In this document: in pieces, positions 1-9,468 of the stretch
Position numbering within the stretch: the stretch's first letter is position 1
Layout of the letters: the number at the start of each line of letters is the position of its first letter
Source: Candidatus Rokuibacteriota bacterium
Lineage (GTDB): Bacteria; Methylomirabilota; Methylomirabilia; Rokubacteriales; CSP1-6
Reading direction: 5' to 3'
Length of the DNA: 45,550 bases
Assembly: GCA_016184305.1 (NCBI GenBank)
Contig: JACPCX010000117.1
Coordinates: 1 to 45,550, forward strand
The notes under the pieces: generated by a model
Database searches by the model: none
Told to the model about the DNA's origin: nothing
What the model saw: only the letters and a program-made list of their open reading frames with translations
Position numbers and translations under genes: made by a program

Positions 1-506
1 CGCGGCTCCGTGGCCAGCGCCCGCCCCAGCTCCACACGCTTCTGCACGCCGTAGGGACAGTCGGCCACCCGGCCCTTGCGCACCGCCTCGAGGTTGAGGA
101 ACTCGATGATCTCCTCGCAGCGGCGCCGGTGGCGAATCTCCTCTCCCCGCAGCCGCAGCACGGCGTTGAGGAAGTTCTTCTTGAAGTGCAGATGCCGGCC
201 CACCATGAGGTTGTCCAGCACGCTCATGTTGTGGAAGAGGCGCAGGTTCTGGAATGTCCGGGCGACGCCGAGGTGGGTGATGGCATCCGGGGAGCGTCCC
301 AGCAGGTTCTCCCCCCGGAACGAGATGGCGCCCGAGGTCGGCCGGTAGATGCCGGTGATGCAGTTGAAGAGCGATGTCTTCCCGGATCCGTTGGGCCCGA
401 TGACGGCCAGGGTCTCCCCTTCGTGGATCGCCATCCCCACCTCCTGGAGCGCCGTGATGCCCCCGAAGTGGAGGGAGAGATCCTTGACCTCGAGCAGGGC
501 CTCCAT
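1..506 (-). CDS. Branched-chain amino acid ABC transporter ATP-binding protein (LivG-like), runs off the window edge
   Basis: Manual translation: MEALLEVKDLSLHFGGITAL...VIGPNGSGKTSLFNCITGIYRPTSG...ARTFQNLRLF...PYGVQKRVELGRALA (Walker A, LivG-type motifs). Confidence 0.9.
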   Translation of the reverse strand, partial: MEALLEVKDLSLHFGGITALQEVGMAIHEGETLAVIGPNGSGKTSLFNCITGIYRPTSGAISFRGENLLGRSPDAITHLGVARTFQNLRLFHNMSVLDNLMVGRHLHFKKNFLNAVLRLRGEEIRHRRRCEEIIEFLNLEAVRKGRVADCPYGVQKRVELGRALATEP

Positions 507-556
507 CCTCAGAACCGCGGAGTCAAGAGAGGAGATCGTACTGGCTGCAAGCGAAT

Positions 557-583
557 GGGGGAGCGCCCGAGGGGCGCTCCCCC
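557..583 (-). terminator. Stem-loop downstream of the substrate-binding protein gene
   Basis: Perfect 12-bp inverted repeat GGGGGAGCGCCC-gag-GGGCGCTCCCCC; weak U-tract. Confidence 0.55.
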
Positions 584-613
584 GATGTTGCTGGTCAGTG
601 ACACACTCCTCGC

Positions 614-1810
614 CTAGAACTGGGGCGGGAAGGGCTGGTAGCCGGTGATGACCGTGAACGAGGCGTCGGCCGCCTTCTTCCCCTGCATCATGCGGATTGG
701 GTTCAGCCCGTGCCTGCGGTTCGGGCCCCAGGTGATCGGAGCCGTGAGTTTCTCCGGCGTCCAGTCCTTGATGCTCTCCATGGCCTCGATGAACCCGTCG
801 CGGGTCAGGTTCTTCCCCGCACGCTTCAGGCCCTCGACCGTGGCCATCATCGCCACCACCCCGGCCAGGGCAAAGCTCTCCCGCCCCTTCAGCTTCGGAT
901 CCTGCTTGAGCATGATGTCGATGACCCGGTCCGCCTCGGGCTCGCCCGGGACGGCCCCGGTCACGTTGTAATAGGCTCCTTCCCACAGCTCGCCCAGCAG
1001 CCGGAACATGACGTGCCTGTCACCGAGGGGGAACGAGGCGAAGATCTTTGGCCGGTACCCGGCCTTCGCCATCTCCTTGATGAGCCCGGCCCCGTGGGTC
1101 GCGGTGGAGTAGATGATGACGGCGTCGGCGCCGGACTCCTTGACCTTCAGCGCATGCGTGCTCAGCTCCCGATCGGAGACCTCGTAGGATACCTCCGCGG
1201 CCAGCGCCACCGAGCCGGCGAGCTTGGCGACGCCCCGCTTGACGCCGTCGAGCCCGCCTTTCCCGTAGTCGTCGTTCTGGTAGAAGATCGCCACCTTCTT
1301 GGCCCCCCCGAGCTTGGCGGCCTGGTGGACGAGGAAGTCGCCCTCATCGCCATAATCGGGGTAGACCATGAAGACGGTGCGGACCTTCTCCCTGGGCTGC
1401 TTGGCGAAGACCTGCGGATTGCCGTAGGGCCAGATGGTGGGCAGCTTGGCGTCGGCGATATTGTCCTTGTTGGCGTTCAGCACGGCCGTCCCGAGCAGCC
1501 CGACCAGCGCGAAAACCGAGTCCTTCAACTCGTTCACGTTGGCGACGGCGCGGCCCGGGTTATAGCCGTCGTCCTTCAAGACGACCTTGATCTTGCGGCC
1601 GTGGACCCCGCCTTGCTCGTTGACGTACTTGGCCCATGCCTCCGCCCCGAGGGCCGTCGTCCCCCACGCCGCCGCAGGCCCTGACAGCGGGGTCGTCATG
1701 CCGAGGGTCACCTCGGCGTCGGTTACGCCGGGCGCCTTGGACTGGGCCGTTGCCGGCGTCACCGCCAGCGCGACCACGAGCGTTGCCGCTCCGAGAATTC
1801 CGAGTTTCAT
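614..1810 (-). CDS. ABC transporter substrate-binding protein (LivJ/LivK-like)
   Basis: Signal peptide MKLGILGAATLVVALAVTPATAQ; PLSGPAAAWG, NEQGGVHGRKI, DDGYNP motifs; AGGAGG RBS upstream. Confidence 0.9.
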   Translation of the reverse strand: MKLGILGAATLVVALAVTPATAQSKAPGVTDAEVTLGMTTPLSGPAAAWGTTALGAEAWAKYVNEQGGVHGRKIKVVLKDDGYNPGRAVANVNELKDSVFALVGLLGTAVLNANKDNIADAKLPTIWPYGNPQVFAKQPREKVRTVFMVYPDYGDEGDFLVHQAAKLGGAKKVAIFYQNDDYGKGGLDGVKRGVAKLAGSVALAAEVSYEVSDRELSTHALKVKESGADAVIIYSTATHGAGLIKEMAKAGYRPKIFASFPLGDRHVMFRLLGELWEGAYYNVTGAVPGEPEADRVIDIMLKQDPKLKGRESFALAGVVAMMATVEGLKRAGKNLTRDGFIEAMESIKDWTPEKLTAPITWGPNRRHGLNPIRMMQGKKAADASFTVITGYQPFPPQF

Positions 1811-1855
1811 GGGTGTGCCTCCTCCTGCGGGTTGTCCTCCTGAAAAAGTGAGCCG

Positions 1856-1884
1856 AGTATAGGAATGGGTCCCTGCAAAGTCAA
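1856..1884 (-). promoter_or_regulatory. sigma70-type promoter of the SBP gene
   Basis: TTGACT-17 bp-TATACT on the minus strand. Confidence 0.7.
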
Positions 1885-3098
1885 CGGCTTTGCCCCTCGC
1901 GGGGTTCCGCCCCGCCTGCCCGATGCCCCTTCCGGGGCGCCCGGGGGCTCGTGAGCAGGCTCGCCGGACGGACGGTCTCGTCCCCGAACCGCCCGGCCAG
2001 CTTATCGAGTGCGCGGGCGAGGCGCTCGCGTCGCACCGCGTCAGGGGCCAGAAGGGAAAGCTGCCCCTGCCCGGGTGGCCCGAGCCCGGACACCGAGATC
2101 CCGATGAGCCGCACCGGCTGGGCGAGATCCACGCGCTCGAGGAGCGCGCTCGCCTCGCGATAGATCGACAGCCCATCCTGGGTCGGTTCCGTGGTGTGGG
2201 CCCGGGTGTGGGTCGAGAAGTCCGCGAAGCGGATCTTGAGCGTCACCACCCGCCCCGCATACCCCTCGGCCCGGAGCTCGCGGGCCACACGCTCGGCCTG
2301 CTGGCGGAGCGTGACGTGCAGCAGCCCCCGGTCGAGATGGTCGGCGTCGAAGGTCTCCTCGGCACCCATGGACCTGGGCGGGGCGAAGGGCTGCACGGGC
2401 CGGTCGTCGCACCCACGCGCCAGCTCGGCGAGCATGGCGCCGCCCGCTCCGAAGCGTGCCGCGAGCCGGTCTGCCGGTACCTCGGCGAGCTGGCCGATCG
2501 TCCGGATCCCCATGGCCTCGAGCGCCCGCTCGGTCACGCGTCCGACGCCCCAGAGGCGGGAAATCGGGAGCGGGGCCAGGAACTCGGCCTCGTGGCCGGG
2601 ATGGACCACCACGAGTCCGTCGGGCTTGCGCAGGTCGGAGGCCACCTTGGCCACGAACTTGTTCGACGCCACCCCCACCGACGCCGTCAGGCAGATCTCC
2701 TCCCTGATCCGCCGCCTGATCTCCGCGGCGATGGCCTCGCCGGGCCCGAAGAGCCCGCGGCTCGCCGTCACGTCAAGAAAGGCCTCGTCGATGGAGAGCG
2801 GCTCGAAGAGCGGCGTGAAATCGGCCAGGATCGCCATGATCTCGCCCGAGACGCGGGCGTACTTGTCACGGTGCACGGGCAGGAAGGCGGCCTCGGGACA
2901 CAGGCGGGCCGCGCGCCCGATCGGCATGGCCGAGTGCACCCCGAAGCGGCGCGCCTCGTAGGAGGCGGCCGAGACCACCCCCCGTCCTCCGGGCGAGGCG
3001 CCCACGATGACGGGCCGCCCCAGGAGCTCGGGGCGGTCGCGCTGCTCGACGGACGCATAGAACGCGTCCATGTCCACGTGGAGGATCGTCCGGATCAC
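1881..3098 (-). CDS. dinB: DNA polymerase IV
   Basis: ILHVDMDAFYASVE, ASYEAR, SIDEAFLD, KVASDLRKPDG motifs; start GTG 3098 (alternative 3116). Confidence 0.95.
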   Translation of the reverse strand: MIRTILHVDMDAFYASVEQRDRPELLGRPVIVGASPGGRGVVSAASYEARRFGVHSAMPIGRAARLCPEAAFLPVHRDKYARVSGEIMAILADFTPLFEPLSIDEAFLDVTASRGLFGPGEAIAAEIRRRIREEICLTASVGVASNKFVAKVASDLRKPDGLVVVHPGHEAEFLAPLPISRLWGVGRVTERALEAMGIRTIGQLAEVPADRLAARFGAGGAMLAELARGCDDRPVQPFAPPRSMGAEETFDADHLDRGLLHVTLRQQAERVARELRAEGYAGRVVTLKIRFADFSTHTRAHTTEPTQDGLSIYREASALLERVDLAQPVRLIGISVSGLGPPGQGQLSLLAPDAVRRERLARALDKLAGRFGDETVRPASLLTSPRAPRKGHRAGGAEPREGQSR

Positions 3099-3123
3099 GC
3101 GCGAAGATCCGGCCACGGATGGG

Positions 3124-3693
3124 CTACTGCGGGGCGCCCCCGAGACCCAGGCGGGGAGCAGCGGCCGTGAGGGCCTGGATCACGAAGGCGAGATGCTCTT
3201 CCAGCGGGATCCCCAGCTCCTCAGCGCCGCGATACACATCAGCCCGGTTCACGGTCCTGGCGAAGCCCTTGTCCTTGAGCTTCTTCACCACCGAGCCGAC
3301 CTCGAGGCCGTGGATGCTCCTCCCGGGCCGCACCAGCGCGCACGCCGTCACGAAGCCCGCAGGCTCGTCGCAGGCGTAGAGCGCCCGATCCAGCAGGGAG
3401 ATGCGGGGGCATCCGGAGTAGTCGGCGTGGCCGAGGATGGCGTACACGACGGGCTCGGGCACTCCGCGCGCCTGGAGGATCTCGGCCCCTTTCATCGGGT
3501 GATGGGGCGCCGCCGGATGCACCTCGTAATCGAAGTCGTGCAGCATCCCCGCCAGGCCCCACGTTTCCGGGTCGCCGTCGTAGCGGGCCGCGTAGGCGCG
3601 CATCGCGGCCTCCACGGCGAGGGCATGCTTGCGCAGGTTGTCGGATCTGGTGAACTCGGTGAGGAGCCCCCAGGCGCCGTCCCGATCGATCAC
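3124..3693 (-). CDS. HD-domain (HDIG-type) metal-dependent phosphohydrolase
   Basis: KHALAVEAAM...GMLHDFDYE...ACDE...KKLKDKGFARTVNR; probable GTG start overlapping the upstream stop. Confidence 0.85.
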   Translation of the reverse strand: MIDRDGAWGLLTEFTRSDNLRKHALAVEAAMRAYAARYDGDPETWGLAGMLHDFDYEVHPAAPHHPMKGAEILQARGVPEPVVYAILGHADYSGCPRISLLDRALYACDEPAGFVTACALVRPGRSIHGLEVGSVVKKLKDKGFARTVNRADVYRGAEELGIPLEEHLAFVIQALTAAAPRLGLGGAPQ

Positions 3694-3875
3694 GGGGCCC
3701 GGCGGGCGCCCTGCCGGATGCGCCACTTGTCGATGGACTTCTTGGAGAAGAGCCACTGGCCCTCGTGGTGGAGCGACGGGATCTTGCGCTCGGCGGCCAT
3801 GCGCACCACGGTCTGCTCGTCCATGGCCAGGTACTTGGAAGCTTCCTTCGCGGTCATTGCGTCCTTGGGAACCAC
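3690..3875 (-). CDS. Small helix-turn-helix DNA-binding protein (excisionase/HTH_17-like)
   Basis: MTAKEASKYL...TVVRMAAERKIP...GQWLFSKKSIDKW pattern; AGGAG RBS. Confidence 0.8.
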   Translation of the reverse strand: MVPKDAMTAKEASKYLAMDEQTVVRMAAERKIPSLHHEGQWLFSKKSIDKWRIRQGARRAP

Positions 3876-3924
3876 TCCTGTCGCTCCTCCTCTGCGGCGC
3901 TGCCGGCGTCCCGCGCCGTGCGCG

Positions 3925-4596
3925 TCAGTGCTCCCCGGGCGTGGGGGCCTTCAGGCCCTGCTTGAGCTCCTCCACCTCCACCTCGAGGGCGTGGATGCGG
4001 TCGAGCAGGTTCTCCACGGTGCGGGCCAGCGGATCCGGGAGATCCACCTGATCGAGGTCGATCTGGCCTTTCACGCGCTGGCCGTTGCGGTATGTTACCC
4101 GTCCCGGCACGCCGACGACAACCGAGTTCTCCGGCACCTCGCGGACGACCACCGACCCCGCCCCGATCCGGCTGCCGGCGCCGATCGTGAAGGCCCCGAG
4201 GATCTTGGCCCCCGCGCCCACCACGACGTTGTCCCCCAGCGTCGGGTGGCGCTTCTCGCGCTTGAGGCTCGTGCCGCCGAGCGTCACCCCCTGGAGCAGC
4301 GTCACGTTCTCGCCGATCTCCGCCGTCTCGCCGATGACCACGCCCATCCCATGGTCGATGAAGAGCCCGTCGCCGAGCCGAGCGGCCGGATGGATCTCGA
4401 CGCCGGTCACGAAGCGGCTGAGATGGGACACAAAGCGCGCCACGGTGCGCCAGCTCCGCTGCCACAACCGGTGGGCGAGGCGATGGTGCCAGATGGCGTG
4501 CACCCCCGGATAGCAGAGCAGGACCTCCAGCGCGGAGCGCGCCGCCGGGTCCCGCTCGAGCACCGTTCGAATGTCGCGCCTCATCCGCTCAAACAT
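3925..4596 (-). CDS. cysE: Serine O-acetyltransferase
   Basis: [40 protein letters not shown] motifs. Confidence 0.95.
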   Translation of the reverse strand: MFERMRRDIRTVLERDPAARSALEVLLCYPGVHAIWHHRLAHRLWQRSWRTVARFVSHLSRFVTGVEIHPAARLGDGLFIDHGMGVVIGETAEIGENVTLLQGVTLGGTSLKREKRHPTLGDNVVVGAGAKILGAFTIGAGSRIGAGSVVVREVPENSVVVGVPGRVTYRNGQRVKGQIDLDQVDLPDPLARTVENLLDRIHALEVEVEELKQGLKAPTPGEH

Positions 4597-4611
4597 GTCC
4601 CGCTCCCGCGT

Positions 4612-4989
4612 TCATGATCTCGCCTTCCGCCTGAGGGCATCCCGCGCCGCCGCCCGGATGGCGGCCGACACCACCTCGGCCGCGTGGACCCGGTCCTCGG
4701 GCAGCCCGCCCACGGCCGACTCGACCCGCGCGCTGCTCAGCTCCACGAGCGCCGCCAGCGGCGATCCCGTGATCAGCTCGGTACCGGCGCTCGAGGCCGC
4801 GATGGTGGGCCCGCAGCCGTACGTCTGAAAGCGCGCCTCGACCACCTGGCCGCCCCGCACCCGCAGGTACACGCGCGCCAGGTCCATGCACTCCGGGTAC
4901 TCCCCCTCGCCCACCCCGTCGGGCTCCCACATCATGCCCGCGTTCCGCGGATTCCGGAAGTGGTCGATGAGCGTCTCGCTGTAGCGCAC
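4612..4989 (-). CDS. IscU/NifU-N-like scaffold paralog (third Cys replaced by Ala)
   Basis: (M)RYSETLIDHFRNPRNAG...ECMD...FQTYGCGPTIAASS...LPEDRVHAA; GTG start overlaps the nifS stop (TAGTG). Confidence 0.85.
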   Translation of the reverse strand: MRYSETLIDHFRNPRNAGMMWEPDGVGEGEYPECMDLARVYLRVRGGQVVEARFQTYGCGPTIAASSAGTELITGSPLAALVELSSARVESAVGGLPEDRVHAAEVVSAAIRAAARDALRRKARS

Positions 4990-6143
4990 TAGACCCCCGC
5001 AGGCGACAGACTCCGCAGCTTGGCGACCAGCGGCACGACCGACTCGATCACGTAGTCGATGTCCTCGGCCGTCGTGCTGCGCCCGAGGGAGCAGCGGACG
5101 GACCCCATGGCCCAGTCCACGGGGATCCCCATCGCCACGAGCACGTAGGACGGCTCCACGTTGCCGGAGGTGCATGCCGAGCCCGCCGACACGCCGATCC
5201 CCTTGAGGTCGAGCCCGAGGACGATGGACTCGGACTCCACGTGGCGGAAGCACATGTTGCACGTCCCCGGGAGCCGCTCGGTCGGGTGCCCGTTGAGGCG
5301 CGTCTCGGGCAGCGCCGCGCCGATGCCCTCCCACAGGCGGTTCCGCAGCGCGGTGAGGCGTGGGGACTCGGCCGCCATGTCGCGGCCTCGGATCTCCACC
5401 GCTCGGCCGAGTCCCACGATGCCCGGCACGTTCTCCGTGCCCGCGCGCCGGCGGCGCTCGTGCTCGCCGCCGTGCTGGATGGAGAGCATCTTCGTCCCCT
5501 TCCGGATGTACAGCCCCGCGACCCCCTTGGGGCCGTAGATCTTGTGGCCCGAGAAGGACAGGAGATCGATGCCGAACGCGTTGACGTCGACGGGCACCTT
5601 CCCGAACGTCTGGACCGCGTCCACGTGGAACGGGATTCCGCGCTCGCGCGTCAGCCGTCCGATGGCCGCCACCGGCTGGATCGTCCCGACCTCGGAGTTG
5701 GCGTGCATGATGGACACGAGGATCGTGTCCGGCCGGAGCGCGCGCCTCACGTCGTCCGGATCCACCATCCCCTCGCCGTCCACCGGGAGATAGGTCGCGG
5801 CGAAGCCCTGCGTCTCGAGCGCCTGGCAGGTCCGGAGCACGGCGTGGTGCTCGATCGCGGAGGTGATGAGATGCCCGCGCCCGCGGGCCGCCGCGACGCC
5901 CTTGATGGCGAGGTTATCCGACTCGGTGCCGCCCGACGTGAAGACGATCTCGTCCGGGCTCACCCGGAGGACGCCGGCCACGCGCTCGCGGGCCATGTCC
6001 ACCCCCTCCCGGGCCTCGCGGCCGAACGCGTGAACGCTCGACGGGTTCCCGAAGCGCTCGCCGAAGTACGGCAGCATGGCCTCCACCACCTCCGGGTGCA
6101 CCGGAGTCGAGGCATTGTGATCGAGATAGACTCGGCGGTTCAT
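4989..6143 (-). CDS. nifS: Cysteine desulfurase (group I NifS/IscS type), second copy
   Basis: YLDHNASTP, FTSGGTESDN, SGHKIYGPKG (PLP Lys), SAGSACTS (catalytic Cys). Confidence 0.92.
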   Translation of the reverse strand: MNRRVYLDHNASTPVHPEVVEAMLPYFGERFGNPSSVHAFGREAREGVDMARERVAGVLRVSPDEIVFTSGGTESDNLAIKGVAAARGRGHLITSAIEHHAVLRTCQALETQGFAATYLPVDGEGMVDPDDVRRALRPDTILVSIMHANSEVGTIQPVAAIGRLTRERGIPFHVDAVQTFGKVPVDVNAFGIDLLSFSGHKIYGPKGVAGLYIRKGTKMLSIQHGGEHERRRRAGTENVPGIVGLGRAVEIRGRDMAAESPRLTALRNRLWEGIGAALPETRLNGHPTERLPGTCNMCFRHVESESIVLGLDLKGIGVSAGSACTSGNVEPSYVLVAMGIPVDWAMGSVRCSLGRSTTAEDIDYVIESVVPLVAKLRSLSPAGV

Positions 6144-6171
6144 TGACGCTCCTCTCTCACGATGTTACGCT
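6143..6171 (+). promoter_or_regulatory. sigma70 promoter for the dsrE-like operon, overlapping the nifS start codon and RBS
   Basis: TTGACG(6143-6148)-17 bp-TACGCT(6166-6171) with extended -10 TG; ATG 9 nt after the -10. Confidence 0.65.
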
Positions 6172-6180
6172 GCCCTCGCC

Positions 6181-6498
6181 ATGGACCTCGCCGGTCGCAG
6201 ATTCGGCCTCATGCTGTCGACGGATCCGGCCCACCCGAACCTCCAGACGGCCATCGGGCTGTCTTCCGCGGCCCTCACGCGCGGGGCCGACGTGTACCTG
6301 TACCTCATCGATGACGGCGTCGCCGCCGTCGAGGACCCACGCGTCCAGGAACTGGCGGAGCGCGGGGCCAAGCTCTTCGTATGCGCCTACGGCTGCCAGA
6401 AGCGCCGTCTGCCGCTCTCCGAGCGCGCCACCAACTGCGGCCTCGTGGTGCTCACCGACGTCATCAACGGCACCGAGCGCTTCCTGGCCCTCAATTAG
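6181..6498 (+). CDS. DsrE/TusD-like sulfur relay protein
   Basis: VYLYLIDDGV...KLFVCAYGCQKR; DsrE-like pattern with active-site Cys. Confidence 0.8.
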   Translation: MDLAGRRFGLMLSTDPAHPNLQTAIGLSSAALTRGADVYLYLIDDGVAAVEDPRVQELAERGAKLFVCAYGCQKRRLPLSERATNCGLVVLTDVINGTERFLALN

Positions 6499-6502
6499 CC
6501 TC

Positions 6503-6859
6503 GTGGCCGGCGACCACTCCGTTCTCGTCATCATCTCGGACGATCCCCGCGTGTCCCACCGCGCCAACGAGGCCATGCGCATCGCGCTGGGCATCGTGGC
6601 CGGGGAGAACGAGGTGACCATCGTCCTCACGAACGGCGCGGTCCATCTGCTCGACGACGACACCGACGATCTCGTGGATGGCGACGACATCGCCCGGTAT
6701 CGCGCCTCGCTCCGGAAGCTCGACATCCCGTTCCACGTGGACGACCGCGCCATCCCGAAGGGGTCGGAGTGGAACGGGGAGGGGCACCGCATCATCCCGG
6801 CGACACCGGACGCCATCGCGAGGCTCATGTCCTCCGCGGAGCGGTTCATCGTCTTCTGA
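6503..6859 (+). CDS. DsrF/TusC-like protein
   Basis: VLVIISDDPRVSHRANEAMRIALGI...AERFIVF; GTG start 4 nt after the dsrE-like stop; no Cys. Confidence 0.7.
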   Translation: MAGDHSVLVIISDDPRVSHRANEAMRIALGIVAGENEVTIVLTNGAVHLLDDDTDDLVDGDDIARYRASLRKLDIPFHVDDRAIPKGSEWNGEGHRIIPATPDAIARLMSSAERFIVF

Positions 6860-7029
6860 TGCCCCACTACCTCCACCTGCTGAAGGCCGACTCCGGACCG
6901 CTGGCGGCGCCCGTGATGGAGAGCGCCGGGCGCGAGCCCGAGTCCGTCATGAAGCTGGGCGACACGCCCGCTGATTACTCCCGCCTCCTCGACCTGATCT
7001 TCGCATCCGACCGGGTTGTCGTCTGGTAG
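6859..7029 (+). CDS. DsrH/TusB-like small protein
   Basis: MPHYLHLLK...DYSRLLDLIFASDRVVVW; C-terminus typical of DsrH; TGATG coupling. Confidence 0.65.
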   Translation: MPHYLHLLKADSGPLAAPVMESAGREPESVMKLGDTPADYSRLLDLIFASDRVVVW

Positions 7030-7036
7030 GCCCAGG

Positions 7037-7237
7037 TCACCGATCCCGAGCCTCCTCGACCCACTTCATCTGTATCGCCTCCAGGATCCCCTCGTTGGAG
7101 CCCTTGGGGTCATCGCTGAACCCTGGGAGATCCACGACCCACCGATGCAGGTCGGTGAACCGGACCGTCAGGGGGTCGGTGTCGGGAAACTTCTCCGACA
7201 GCGCGATGGCGATATCCTCGGCGTCCGTCCAGTTCAT
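7037..7237 (-). CDS. iscX: Fe-S assembly protein IscX
   Basis: MNWTDAEDIAIAL...DPLTVRFTDLHRWV...SNEGILEAIQMKW. Confidence 0.93.
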   Translation of the reverse strand: MNWTDAEDIAIALSEKFPDTDPLTVRFTDLHRWVVDLPGFSDDPKGSNEGILEAIQMKWVEEARDR

Positions 7238-7316
7238 GGCTCGCTCACGCTCGCCGCCTCGCTCCGCTCGGGGGATCTCCATATTTCGCTCGCCTCGCCT
7301 CCGGCTGCGGCTCGCC
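7238..7316 (-). repeat. Repeat family B, 79-bp intergenic copy (GGCGAGCC...GCGAGCC)
   Basis: Shares GCGAGCCGCAGCCGGAGGCGAGGCGAGCG core and GGCGAGCGTGAGCGAGCC end with other copies at 30485, 32841, 33444, 35718. Confidence 0.85.
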
Positions 7317-7318
7317 AA

Positions 7319-7645
7319 TCACTTTGGAATCTCCAGCACGACGTTGCCCCGGACGACGGCCTGGCACCCGAGGCGCGAGTGGAGCGTGAGCCCCTCGGCC
7401 GTGTCGAGCCGGTCCTCCTCATCCGCCTCCATGGGGGACAGGTTGCCCTCCCCCTCGCGGACGATCACGTGGCAGGTGGTGCAGGCGCAAGCGCCCCCGC
7501 AATTGTGCTCCAGGTGGATATTGTTCGCCAGCGCGATGTCGAGGATCGAGCCCGGGCGGCCGTGGTCGGCCAGCGGGTACCTCTCCTCGTCCACCTCGAC
7601 GGTCACGTGCAGCGGCAGGAAGGTCACCTTGTGCGTCGCCATCAT
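7319..7645 (-). CDS. fdx: ISC [2Fe-2S] ferredoxin
   Basis: EHNCGGACACTTCHV...SRLGCQ. Confidence 0.93.
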   Translation of the reverse strand: MMATHKVTFLPLHVTVEVDEERYPLADHGRPGSILDIALANNIHLEHNCGGACACTTCHVIVREGEGNLSPMEADEEDRLDTAEGLTLHSRLGCQAVVRGNVVLEIPK

Positions 7646-9468
7646 TTGGACTCCAGGATCTGGTCGGCCCGCCTCGAGGCGAGCGCTCCCTTGAGCGCCG
7701 CGTCCATCATCGCCTCGGCGAGCCGCTCGGTGGCCTTGTTGAGCTCGATGGTACGCTCGCGGATCGCATCCCGGTCCTGACCGTCCCGGACCTCCCGGAG
7801 GGCCCGGAGCGCCTGCTGGATCTGCCCCAGGTCGCCCGGGCTCACGAGCCGCGCGCCCTGCGCCAGGGCCCGGTCGACATGGGTCATCACGGTGTCGGCC
7901 TCGGTCCGTGTTTCGATCAGCAGGCGGGCGTTGACGTCCTCCTCGGCGTGGGCGAAGGACTCCTCGACCATCCGAGCCACCTCGTCCTCCGTGAGGCCAT
8001 AGGTGGGCCGCACCTCGATGGATGCCTCCTTGCCGGTCCTGATCTCCCGGGCGTGGACCTGCAGGATCCCGTTGGCGTCGATCAGGAAGGTCACCTCGAT
8101 CTTGGGCATGCCGGCCGGCATGGGGTCGATGCCCGAGAGATCGAAGCGCGCCAGGGATCGGTTGTCCCGCGCCAGCTCGCGCTCCCCCTGCAGCACGTGC
8201 AGGTCCACCGCCGTCTGGCCGTCCACCGAGGTCGTGAAGATCTCCTTGGCCATGGTGGGAATGGTCGTGTTGCGCGCGATGAGCACGCTGACGACGCCAC
8301 CGAGGGTCTCGATGCCCAGTGACAGCGGCGCCACGTCCAGCAGCAGCATGCCGGTGATCCCGCCTGCCAGGATCTGCGCCTGGACCGCCGCGCCCAACGC
8401 CACCACCTCGTCGGGGTTGAGCTGGCTGTGCGGCACCTTGCCGAACAGCTCCTGCACGCGGCGCCGCACGAGCGGCACCCGCGTCGAGCCGCCCACGAGC
8501 ACCACCTCATCGATCCGGTCCGGCGTGAGCCCGGCGTCCTTGAGCGCCATGCGGCAGGGCCCGAGGGTGGCCTCGACGAGAGGGCCGATCAGCTTCTCGA
8601 CCTCCGCCCGCGTCAGCTCCCGGTGGTAGGTGAACCCCTCGAAGGGGATCGTGAGGAGGCTCCGGTCGTCGAAGGAGAGGCGGCACTTCGCCGCCTCGGC
8701 CCCGAGCCTCAGCTCCTGGCGCGCCTCCGGGTCTTGCGACAGGTCCACCCCGTGGGTCTCGCGGATATCGGCCAGCAGCCACTCCACCATCACGCGGTCG
8801 AAGTCGTCGCCGCCCAGGTGCGTGTTCCCGTTGGTGGCCAGCACCTCGAAGACCCCGTCCTTGACGCTCAGGATCGAGATGTCGAAGGTCCCTCCGCCCA
8901 GGTCGTAGACCGCGATGGTCCCCTGGGCGAGCTTCTGCAGCCCGTACGCCAGGGAGGCCGCCGTCGGCTCGTTCACGATCCGGAGAACGTCGAGGCCGGC
9001 GATCCGGCCGGCGTCCTTGGTCGCCTGCCGCTGGCTGTCATTGAAGTACGCGGGGACGGTGATGACCGCCTGCTCCAGGGGCTCCCCGAAGAAGGCCTCC
9101 GCGCGCTGCTTGAGGGCTCGCAGGACGTGGGCCGACACCTCGGGGGGCGTCACCGCGCTGTCGCCCACCTTGATGCGCACCACGTCGGCGCTCGCGAGGA
9201 ACTCGAAGGGGCAGTGGCAGAGCTCGTCCTTGATGTCGTCGTACCCTCGGCCCATGAAGCGCTTGACGGAGTAGATCGTCCGCGCGGGGTTCCGGACCAG
9301 CTGGCGACGGGCGGGCTCACCCACCAGGATCCCGTCCGGGGTATAGCCGACGATGGACGGCAGGAGGGCCCGGCCCTCGACATCGCGGATCACCCTGGGG
9401 ACGCCACCCGCGACGTACGCCACCAGGCTATTGGTCGTCCCCAGGTCAATGCCGACGATGCGAGACAT
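7642..9468 (-). CDS. hscA: Hsp70 chaperone HscA
   Basis: GIDLGTTNS, TVPAYFND, DLGGGTFD Hsp70 motifs; position between hscB and fdx. Confidence 0.92.
   Translation of the reverse strand: MSRIVGIDLGTTNSLVAYVAGGVPRVIRDVEGRALLPSIVGYTPDGILVGEPARRQLVRNPARTIYSVKRFMGRGYDDIKDELCHCPFEFLASADVVRIKVGDSAVTPPEVSAHVLRALKQRAEAFFGEPLEQAVITVPAYFNDSQRQATKDAGRIAGLDVLRIVNEPTAASLAYGLQKLAQGTIAVYDLGGGTFDISILSVKDGVFEVLATNGNTHLGGDDFDRVMVEWLLADIRETHGVDLSQDPEARQELRLGAEAAKCRLSFDDRSLLTIPFEGFTYHRELTRAEVEKLIGPLVEATLGPCRMALKDAGLTPDRIDEVVLVGGSTRVPLVRRRVQELFGKVPHSQLNPDEVVALGAAVQAQILAGGITGMLLLDVAPLSLGIETLGGVVSVLIARNTTIPTMAKEIFTTSVDGQTAVDLHVLQGERELARDNRSLARFDLSGIDPMPAGMPKIEVTFLIDANGILQVHAREIRTGKEASIEVRPTYGLTEDEVARMVEESFAHAEEDVNARLLIETRTEADTVMTHVDRALAQGARLVSPGDLGQIQQALRALREVRDGQDRDAIRERTIELNKATERLAEAMMDAALKGALASRRADQILESK

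Noticed and set aside
3690..3875. Prophage excisionase
   Set aside because: No integrase, att site or phage genes nearby; it sits in a housekeeping run
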